From: Perkinsus chesapeaki ATCC PRA-425
Lineage: Eukaryota; Protista; Perkinsozoa
Reading direction: 5' to 3'
Assembly: GCA_013115145.1 (NCBI GenBank)
Contig: JAAPAO010000011.1
Coordinates: forward strand, 62,001 to 126,000
DNA length: 64,000 bases
Part shown: piece by piece, positions 10,690 to 21,427 of the stretch
Position numbering within the stretch: the first letter of the stretch is position 1
Layout: each line of letters begins with the position of its first letter
Program-made: the position numbers and the translations under genes
Notes under the pieces: generated by a model
Databases searched by the model: none
Seen by the model: the letters and a program-made list of their open reading frames with translations, nothing else
What the model was told of the DNA's origin: nothing

Positions 10690-13600
10690 ATGTCATCGCT
10701 GGCCTCGAATGTGGGGTCGGAGGAACCGATGCCGATTGAGGAGACTGAGGCTTCCCAAGCCGGCGAGCCCGATGTAGTTAATCCTCTGGCGATAGTAGTG
10801 GAGGAGGTCGACATGAAGCAAGGTGAAGTAGCTGGTGAAGCAGTTAGTACGGCGACAGCACAGCGACATCATAAGGACAAGCATTATTATATATCACTGT
10901 GTAGGAAGGAATGGTGGCATTGGCGAACAAAGGTAGCGGAAGTATGGTAGGAATTACTTGAACTTTGGGAGCTCAGGGAGAGGTATACTGGAGCCCGTCA
11001 TCAATAACGGTTGATAAGGGGGACTATGTCAGCTTTGGATGGTATCCACCAGCGCCTCCTGGTGCTATGTTCCATAAGGAGCATCCATTAGAGGCCGACG
11101 ATAAGGATAAGCTGCTTATCGATGTAGATGTTGGTTACTATATCACTCCCCGCACTGTCAAATAGGTCATTTCGGCCGAGGAAGATGGTAGCCCTATGGA
11201 CCCAGCTGTGGCTCCGGTCTATAGTGGACAACCGCGCCTGGCAGGTAGGAGTCTGTGATGGTGGCACTTGGTTCTAGTGGCGCTGCAGGGACGTATACGT
11301 TTCACTTCAAGGAGCCAGGAAGGAGTGTTATCACTTCGACCAACAGAGACCTTCATTTGCGGTGCGAAATTAAAGTAAGTCATTAAAGCAGTCGGATTTC
11401 TGATGCCGATTTTTGCTTAGTGCCTTACCGATAAGCAGTGGAGGATCAATCGGACACTAAAGATATTGGGCGCCGTTCTGGCCTTGGCCTCCTTCATTGG
11501 AATTCTGGCCCTTATGAGTAACCAGCGGCCATACCACACTTTCCACAACTCTCTTTAGTTGTGGGAATCCCCAAGCTGTTTGAACCAATCATATCTTGTG
11601 ATTCGGCGAGGCAGTGGTGCCAGGTGCTCCAGGACATCCGGGAGGATACCGTAAATAGCTCCCTACCGGTGAGAAGTGCATCTGCCGACTCCCACGAAGT
11701 ATCTTCGCTCTGCCAGGTTACAGTGTTTGCTGCTATCATGGCTGTGGCGGCACCCGGCTTTGTAAACCTTTCCAGCTTCTCGTTTGCAGTATCAACTTAG
11801 ATACTCGGACGAGCGCTGTTCCTGGAGAGGCCGCTGCTAGCCACCTTCGGCCGGGGCTTTCATTCGAAGTGGTCCACCCTGATGACGCTGCTTCTCTATT
11901 TCCTCACCATCACCGTCATAGTGGTAGGCCATGGTGAGTGTATCTCAGTGATGATGAGTGCTAGATAACGAGTTTGTCGTGGACGTATCAAGTTCGGGTC
12001 ATCCGAGGTTGGGACGAGTTTCTACAAATACTGGATAAATTCGTGATGGAAATGAGTGAGTCCGCCACCACCAGCAGCATGCCTCCACCGTGCATGCACC
12101 GTCGCTCAGCATCCTCCCTGGATGCGATGGTTATCCTGCTGACGGAAGTCGTGAACAGACAGGATGTGCTGGACAAGTTGTCAGCGAGTGGGATTGACAT
12201 ATCAACGATAACGCACTCGCTTTTGGACGTTTATTCGACGGTAGCTGCTAAGTTGTTCGCATCCGTGAGGAACATTGGTGCTTCTAGGTTAGCGAGTCCT
12301 CCAAGCAGTTCTTGGAACAAGGCACGTCCCTCATGGTCTCCATTGTTCGGATACGACTGGGTGAGTCGCTGTACCTACCTACATCCTAGTCGAGCTCAAA
12401 TCTGATAGACCGTATTTTGTTCGTAGATTTGGCGTTTTGATCAGAAGCCGTTTTCGTTACTCCTTCCCTGGTATGCTTGACCCGCCTCAGGTTTCCTCTT
12501 TATTGGTGTCGAGATCTCCCTCCTTTGTATTGCCAGTGCCTTGGCGGTTATGGCAAGTCGAAGGTATCTTCACTGGTCGCTTGTTACCGCCTACGCGTAA
12601 GCTGTCTAATAGGTTCCAGCGCTTCGCCGCTGTAGAGGCTCTGCTGATGGTGGGGATTGTGTTCTCATCTCTAGCTGTTGTGACGAGCATGACCAGCTAC
12701 TTTCTGCTCGACCACACGTGAGCTCTCATTAGTGTTCAGGCCCGGTACTCTTTGGGCTAGGTACGACAAGGTGCTGGCTAAGCCAGTTGATGAGACAGGT
12801 AGCCCCTGTTGTCTAATAGAACTCATGCATGGAGCTCATCAGGCACGGCGACCACTATCGTCGGTGCAGCGCTGTCCTTCTGTTCAGCTGAAGATTTCAA
12901 TCTACCCTATCAGGATGTGGTAGGCTATTGGAATTGAATGACGCTGGTAGACGGTATGCAGGTGGCGCCATTAAGGAGTATTGTGAATGACTGCAGCGGC
13001 TGTAAAGTCCCGCAATGGGTGGTTCCTACTACCACGGGAGAGGTTCGGGAGTAAGGGAAGCAACAATGGTATCGGATAGAGCTGCGTTGTTATCTCAGTT
13101 TACTTGGTATAGTCTACGAGAACATCAATAATATACGCTCAGAGCTGTTCGTTGGGAGATACAACCTCTCAGCAGCGGACTCGGTGAGTGGGGATGGGTC
13201 CGCCTGCTGCTGTATGACGAATGCCATTGCCAGGCGGTGCTGGACGGCCTGGCGCAAGTGCTGCACATTACAGTGGAGCTGATCGAATGCTCTTCGCTGG
13301 ATGGGTAAGCAGCCCTTCGTCCTATACAGGGATTGTATGATTCTAATAAGATACATCCGAGCATCAATTGTGTCGCTTAAAGAGGACATCATCGACCCTC
13401 TCGAGGCACTGTCCGCTACAGATCTAACTCTATCATTGGTGAGCCCCTGTGCTGGTGTGACGCGTACCATTTTTGGTTCAGTTACAACTAGTGATGCTAG
13501 TGGCGTTCGTTGTGGCACGGTATATCTTTGACCGTCGGAGGAAGTACTGGTGGGAGGTCTCCAGCGGACGGTGGTTCCGGTTTCGGTTCTGCTACCACTC

Positions 13601-16079
13601 CCATAAGAAGCTTGTCGAAAGAAAGTAAACCCGACAGCATCTGTGATGAGATTAGTGATGGCGATGCAGGTACGGCGGAGTTCCCCCTGGTGGGCAGAGA
13701 TGGCAGCATCCCCCTCACAATGAGCTCACAATGCACCAGGCCATGTTCATGTGGACCATGGTGCGTCAGCGTGCTTACCGTTCGTCGCGAATCTTCCACA
13801 ATTCAGGCCGCATATGTCCTTCTGCTCTGCAATGCCTACATCACTGCTTCACTTGAGATGGTCGGGGGTGTGGTTGCTGTGGCCCAGCTCCTAACAGCGA
13901 TGGCTGGCCTCACATCGATAGCGTGGGTTGGTGTGGGTAAAGGCTGGCATGGCCGAATGTGGAGATCCAGTAAGAATAATGTGGCGCGCGGTCATCAACC
14001 TATGCAATAGGTCTGGTGCCTCGAGCTATAACAGTGGCATCTGCTGCAGCCACTACGATCATTTTGATCGTTACTGCGTAAGCGGGCTTTTCTCGGGAGG
14101 GTCCACTTTACCTTCTCACAGGGTGACCCACGCAGCTACCCTTGGAGACTGCAATAAGCAGACTGAGCAGTGTCCGATGTCCACATTAGTGTACCACAGT
14201 GAAGGTTAGTGGCGGCCTGTAGTGGATGGTTGTGAGGAAGCATGCATTCTGTCAGGCGTGTATTACGCTACGGTCATGGCCGTCATCGCCTTCGTCACAA
14301 CAGCACTATCAGAGCTTTCACTCGGTCCATGGTTCACCACGGCTGCTCTGACACTCAAGGAGATTGATGTGGCTGAGAGGCATCTAGGGTCCACCGATGT
14401 AAGGATACTAACTCGTACACGAATGACCTAAGGCTTCCACTAATCTACTCTAATCCACATTGGCGAGTTGTACAACGCAGCGTTGTCGAAGCTTCGGGAT
14501 CTGCCAGATTTAATTCCACTGTTCCTGCTCAGGATGAGTGAACGAATGGGTCTTCTGATTTCTCAGGCGATTGCAGAGGCTTTGCAGCTCCACACAAAAG
14601 GGCGCATTATGACAGCCATTATGGCACTCGTCTTCCCGTCCGCTTTGTTCGCTGGGATATGGGCTCTGTAAGGTCACCACTGCATTCTAATATTGATACT
14701 TTGCCGTTTCAGGGCTCGGGATCCATTGGTCTTCGATAACGTTGCCTTTTCTTCTCTCTCTGGTGGCGCGAGGTTCCGCCTAGGTGAGGACAGGTGACAG
14801 CTACCCTTACCACAAGTACGCGTTGTCAGGTCGAGAGCTCGTCACTAATGTGGACGTCTTGCCGGCACCAGTGGGGGAGCCAGGCGGTTGTAACGGGCTT
14901 GTGGCGAATTGCCAGAGGACTATTGCACAGGTGAGGCGGGGTTGTGATGTTAAGATTCTTACGAGGTTGACTAGATGACCTTCCCATCGACGCACAATAG
15001 CTTCTCTTCATTACAGGACAGGTATGTCCTACCCAATCACTACTTCAATATGAAACGACAGGTAAGTAATGCAATAAAGAATAACTCTTCATCACTTGTA
15101 ATGCTGTCAGTTGGAGCACGGTATTCGAGGGTTGCTTCTGGACATCTACCCCTTCAACAGTACATCGCAATCTCCACTGCAGCTCTGCCATGGAATGTGT
15201 ATCTTGGGCGCCTTAAACCTTAAGGATGAGATGCAAATGGTTGCAGACTGGCTGGCTGCCAATCCTAGAGAAGTGACCGCTGCTGTTGGCACCGCCGTCG
15301 GCCTAGACGTTGGTTTTGTAACAGGTTCTTCTGCTTGTTAACGAGTACTTTGGCGAGACATTCCAGGCATTGGAGGAGTCTATGCAGCCACTCATCCCCT
15401 ATATGTATGTCCACCCAGACTCTCAAAATGAGACCATGAGGATCCTGGGCTATGCTGTTCGCTCGCCATGGCCCACGCTACAGGAACTCATTGACAGCAA
15501 TAAAAGGGTATGGTGGAGCGAGGAGGAGATATCGTTGCCCGGAGCCTGATTTAGGTTATTCTTTTCGAGCAGCTAGATTGCTACACCCTTAACAACAACA
15601 CCTTTACTAATTGTCCAGCTTGGTGAGATTACGGTTATGAACTCGCGGTACAAGTTCATTTGCAGGGTTCACAACTTCTTTCAATACACCGCCGAGAACA
15701 ACTACTCCTGGCAGAGTCGAGAGATGCTCAACTGCACCATCAGCAACAGGAGTAAGAGTCCTCTCACTCATCGCGGTATTGCTCACTTTTAGGCAGCGAA
15801 TTCGAACTCATCACCGAGGACATCCTGGCATCAAACGATCTCACGACAGTGCAAAACCGCCTCATGTTTGTTAACCACTTCCTCTCTATTCCCGTGCCTT
15901 TGCCATTAACGGCTCTGCAAGTGAATAAAGATGAAGTGATGAGAGAGATGCTAGACAACTGCACAGCTTGGTGGAGCGGCCGTGTGCCCACTATGATTGC
16001 CGTCGATTACTGGTCGGTTGGCAACATAGCCCATGTCGTCCATGCCTATAACAAGGACCTTGCTACTGCGCCGCGTTAA
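10690..16079 (+). CDS. Large multi-pass membrane protein with an N-terminal cupredoxin-like domain and a C-terminal PI-PLC X-like phosphodiesterase domain (probable single gene)
   Basis: WSPSSITVDKGDYVSFGW...GTYTFHFKEPG; many hydrophobic exons; in-frame intron 14668-14712 links ...FAGIWAL to ARDPLVFDN...; PLC-like motifs CNG..C.R, TFPSTHNS, GIRGLLLDIY, QLCHG, NPREV, SPWPTLQELIDSNKR, GRVPTMIAVDYW. Confidence 0.7.
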
Positions 16080-16581
16080 TGTGCGGTTTTACACTGTTCT
16101 GTTCATAACCTTTACATGGCCGTCCATTTGCTTGTGCTATGCTGTTACCATCTTGTCAAGATTCGAGTTCAGTATATCTTAATAAAGATGACAAGGACGC
16201 CTGTCATAGATGATCGCGTTTTGCCGTCAACCGCGCCCGCCCGGCTAATCGATTTCATAAAATCCGTTAAGTGGGCTTTGCCAAGCATTGCAGTGCATAT
16301 TAAAGGCTCAAGTTGGCGATTTTCTAAGGCAGGAGGCTTCGGGCTTCTAAAAGCGAAGCGCTTAGCTGTCGCTGGTAGAGTATTTTTTATAGTACATTGT
16401 CATTGCCGCAGTGTGGCGTCTTACGCGTGCTGCTGTCCGTGCCTCCTCCTTCCACTCCAACTGCTCTTCGGCATCCAGAAGAGTAGTAAATCCTTTATGT
16501 GTCGGGGCTGGGGGTCATTGAGATATTGGATTCTTTTAGCTCTGCTCATTTCTAGTACCACAACCTCATCGAGGCTTAACC

Positions 16582-19500
16582 ATGTCCACAATGGAGAAGG
16601 ACGAGCTCGCAAAAGCTGTGCAACACCGCGCCGAGGCAGCCGCCACTGCGGACTACCACGCCGATCCTGAGAACCCTGAGGGTAGTCCATGGGCAGGGAT
16701 ATGGAGGTGGAGGATCGATAGCAGGTTTGAGCAAGTCTGCATTGAAGAAGTTAAAGAAGCAGGAGAAGGCTGGCAAGAAGAACAAAATGAGCAAGGAGGA
16801 GAAGGAGGCACTTTTCCAAGGTAGTAGTGCTATTGGGGATAGTGGTGGAGGAGAATACGGTATGGTCAGGCAAGAACAAGGGGAAGAAGGAAACGAAGAC
16901 TGTTCCTCAAAAAAAGCAGGCATACGTTAACAAGACCCCTGTTGGCGAAAAGAAGGACATGTCGGAGCCGATGGTAATGGGTTTACCAGGGATTGGGAAT
17001 TAATCTGAGAAATGGTCAGGCCGATTCTTACGACCCTGCGGCGGTCGAGTCTGCTTGGTATGACTGGTGGCGTAAGCAGGGATACTTCCACGCTGACGCC
17101 AAGAAGGCCATGAACACTGTGGACTCCCAGAAATTTGTCATGTGCCTTCCTCCCCCTAATGTCACCGGTAGGGAGGTGTACTGTGGCTGCTGGGTTTGGC
17201 GACAGTGGTGATGCTTGCTAGGTACTCTTCATCTTGGTCATGCTTTGATGTGCTGTATTGAGGACTGTATGACCAGGTGGCATCGGATGATGGGACATCA
17301 GACTTTGTGGATCCCTGGTACTGGAAATCGGCGGAGGTTCGATTCCGGGAGATGGTGTTTTTAATGCATAGGTACCGATCATGCCGGTATTGCTACTCAG
17401 TCTGTCGTCGAGAACTTGCTCTTGCGTGATGAGGGTCTCTCTAGACACGATTTGGGCCGCGAAAAGTACGCACTTGAATCTGCCTACGAAGGCTATTGTT
17501 TGGGATAGGTTCTTGGAGAAGGTGTGGGAGTGGAAGAACGAGAAGGGTGATACTATCTGCAAACAGATGGAACGCTTAGCGAGTAAGGGAGGCATGTCCG
17601 GTTAAGGTGGAGCTGTTGGGGTATAGGTTCATTGGATTGGGATCGTCAGTTTTTCACCATGGACGATAACCTCTCCACAGCTGTCAAGGAAGCCTTTGTA
17701 AGGAGGTTGAGTGTTGGTAGGGTTGAGTGTGTATTGACAGGTTCGGTTTTATGACGAAGGCAAGATCTACCGTGACACCAGGCTCGTTAACTGGTGCCCT
17801 TATCTTCGCACTGCCCTTAGTGATCTAGAGGTCGATCATATTGATATCGAGAAGAGGACTCTTCTTTCGGTAATAAAGGCTTCGACTGTAGTGTAGCATA
17901 TCACCAATAGGTTCCTGGTCTTCCCGATGCCAAGGTCGAGGTAGGCGTTTTGGTTGAATTTAAGTACCCCTTGAAGGAGGACCCTACCAAGTAGTCTCTG
18001 TTGGTCTGTTGTATTTAATGCCTGTGTAGGTTTGTCCATATTGCCACTACACGTCTTGAGACCATGCTTGGTGATGTAGCAGTAGCAGTGAACCCCAAGG
18101 ATACCCGTTTTACCTACCTTGTCGGCAAGGAGCTTGTCCATCCCTTCATTCCCGATAGGAAGATGGTCGTTATCGAGGATGATTATGTTTCTATGGACTT
18201 TGGTACCGGATGTGTCAAGATCACACCCGCTCATGATCCTAATGATTTTGCCATTGGTCGCCGCCACAACCTTCCCGAGATTAACATCCTTAATGATGAT
18301 GGTAAGGCTTCGGACGGGTGGGCTTGGACTTATTTTCGGACGAAATTTGGTATAATATCTGCACGTTAGCAACATTTTCGGTAGTCCGCGAACGGCCTTC
18401 CGTGAGGGGGGCAGAGGAATCCCTGTTACTAAGGTGACGGTCTGGTGTAAAGGTCTGCTTCAGGCACCATGAACGAGAACTGCGGTGAGTTTGCCGGCCA
18501 GCACCGCTTCGTTGCCAGAAGGACCGTAGAGGAGCGACTGAAGGAGCTCGGACTGTTCGTCGGCAAGACCGATAACGCTATGAAGGTATCTAAGGGAATC
18601 TTAGGTTGAAGGAAGCATTATGTGTAGGTGCCACTGTGCTCGAAGTCTAAGGATATCGTCGAGCCTGTTTTGAAGCCTCAATGGTGGATGGACTGCAGCA
18701 AGGAGGCCGCTCGTGGTGTAGGCCGCCCCAGCACTTGAAGGATCGAGGGATGTGGGGCTGCCGTGATAGGTCCAAGCTGTGAAGGAGGGCAAGTTGAAGA
18801 TCGAGCCCAGCTACTACGAGAGCACCTGGTTCAACTGGCTTGAGAACATCCGCGATTGGTGCATTTCCCGTCAGCTTTGGTGGGGCCATCGTATCCCTGC
18901 CTATAAGGTGGTGAAGCCATGCCAGACGGAGGATCAATGGTGAGCGGTGAATTCGGAGTTCTTGTAGATTGCCAATGTAGGGTTGTTGGTCGTGATGAGG
19001 AGGAGGCATTGTTGAGGGCTGCGGAGAAGCTTGGCATTCCCGAGAGCGAAATCGAACTCGCTCAGGATCCTGATGTCCTCGATACCTGGTAGGCGTTCCA
19101 TCGACCTTGCCGTCTGGGATTTTCTTCCAGGTTCTCGAGTGGCCTGTTGCCCATGTCCGCTCTCGGCTGGCCTAACATGGACACCGATGACATGAAGGCG
19201 TTCTTCCCCACCTCCGTTCTCGAGACCGGTCATGATATCCTGTTCTTCTGGGTGGCCCGTATGGTCATGATGTCCTTGGCCCTCACTGATGAGTTGCCCT
19301 TCCACACCATCTGTTTGCATGCTATGGTGATACCACTCTTCCCCCAACTCGTGCGCTCATGACCCCTCAGGTTCGCGATGCCCACGGCCGTAAGATGTCC
19401 AAGTCCCTCGGCAACGTTATCGATCCTCTGGAGGTCATGTCCGGCATTAGCCTCCCTGAGCTACAGGAGAAGCTCAAGCACGGTGCGTCATCTTTTACAC

Positions 19501-21054
19501 CTTTCTACCACCATGCACATGGCATTCAGGTAACCTCCCTGAGAGGGAGATCAAGAAGGCCATGAAGGGCCAAGAGAAGGACTTCCCCGACGGAATTCCC
19601 GAGTGCGGTTCTGATGCCTTGAGGTAGGATGCGGTGGTCTGTGGCTGTTTAGTATTGTTCCTTTGGTCAGGTTCGGTCTGCTGGCCTATACCGGCCAGGC
19701 CCGTAGTGTCAATCTTGACATTAACAGAGTTGTGTCCTACAGATACTTCTGCAATAAGTAGCAGCATGATAGAGCAGCAGAGGGAGGTTTATCGTTTGGT
19801 GGCAGGTTGTGGAATGTAATGAAGTTCGCTCTGCCAAACTTCGGTGACAACTTCAAGTCTACGGGCCTTCCTTTGGACGCCAAGCTCGAGTGGGAGGACA
19901 AGTGGATCCTTTCCAGGCAAGAAGACACGTTGCTTCCTTTCGCCCGGCTGATCACCTGCTTAGGCTCTCCGACGCCGCGGGCGCTGCGAACAGGGGCATC
20001 AAGGACTTCAGCTTCAGCGATGCTACTACGGCCACCTACAACTTCTGGCTCTACGATTTCTGTGACTACTACCTAGAGCTTGTAAAGAAGCGTTTCCGTG
20101 CTCTTGAGGGCACCGACTCTGAGGAACTTCGAGTTGCCAGGGAGGTAGGTTGACGACAAGGACGACGACCGTGAGGGGGCTGTGCAACGACTGAAGCGGC
20201 GGCACTCAGGTCCTCTACATCTGCCTTGATCGTGGTTTGAGGCTGCTTCATCCCCTGTTGCCTTTCGTCACTGAGGAGCTTTACCAGCGAATCCCTGACA
20301 GTGTCACCAAGGCCGAGTCCATCGTTGTTGCCGAGTAAGCAGACTCAAGCCTTTTTATTTCCCCTATGGTTGGCCTCAGTTACCCTCAACCGGTGATGTC
20401 CTGGAGGAACCTCGATGTAGAGGAGGAGATGGCGATCCTTCAAACCACCACTTCCTCCTTGAGGTAGTAGCCCTTCGATGGTTTTTATAAATAATGGCTG
20501 CCTGCTCAGGTCCCAAGCAGCCTCCCTCGGCCTGCCCCCGAAGGCCAGGCCGCATGCCTACATCCGTGCTGTGGACCCCGAGGCTCGTCGGGTGCTGCCC
20601 AAGATAGCCGATCACGTGGCCACTATGGCTAAACTGTCGTCGTTAAAGGTCATCGAGGATGCCAGCGAGGTTCCAGCAGGGTGAGTGGAATAGCTGTTGT
20701 CATCGGTCCGGCATTCCAATCGTGCAGAACAATCGCCAATGTGGTGTCGGAGCACGTGACCACCTTCATGGAGGTAGCCGGCTTAGTCGACCTCAGCGCC
20801 GAACTTAAGAAGATCGAGAAGAAGATGGGCATCACACAGCACAACTTGCAGACTTATGTCTCCAAGAGAGAGGTGATGTCATTATCACTACTGCTACAGT
20901 ACAGGGGTTGTGGTAGGTACCGGACTATGAGGAGAAGGTGCCTCCACAAGTAAGGCACGCCAACGCTGCCAAGGAGGAGTCCTATAGGGCAGAGCTTGCC
21001 GAGCAAGAGAAGGTTATTGCTCAGATCAAGGCAGCTATGGAGAGCACTGCATAG
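16582..21054 (+). CDS. VARS: Valyl-tRNA synthetase
   Basis: [29 protein letters not shown] (HIGH), [97 protein letters not shown]-terminal coiled coil. Confidence 0.97.
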
Positions 21055-21427
21055 ATGCCGAAGCAACTGACGTTGATGCTGTTGTTACTGTAAAGTGCTG
21101 ATCGTTTACCGTTTCCTTTGTGTACTCATCATCATCCTCCTCTTCCCCGCCGTTCAATAACGGTAGAGGAACTGTTCCTATTGTTGTATTCATTAAAGAG
21201 GTGACCGTGGTTTGTATTATCTTGAGCAGTAGCACTAACCATACGCCTTCGCACGATAAAGGATAAACGATCGAGTTCAGTGGTCAATCTGGCGGAGCTA
21301 TCCCTCCTTCCCTCGCAGTTACTATTGTTTCTGCTGTGCCCCTTGGTGAAATCGTAGCTAGATCCTCGGGGTATTCTATCTGCAATACGTGCCAATACGT
21401 GTGGGATGTAGGATTGGTTTTATAGTC

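Noticed and set aside
270-16236. Shared motif GCGCGGTTGAC upstream of the 323 gene and, reversed, upstream of ValRS
   Set aside because: Two copies of an 11-mer are expected by chance in 64 kb, and I saw no further instances at other gene starts.
16305-16312. GGCTCAAG matching the 3' end of the Perkinsus/dinoflagellate spliced leader, and ACCGTAG at about 40205 and 42306
   Set aside because: Only 7-8 nt match and the rest of the leader does not align. There is no GT donor as expected of an SL RNA gene, and the ACCGTAG copies are in the wrong position and orientation for relict leaders.
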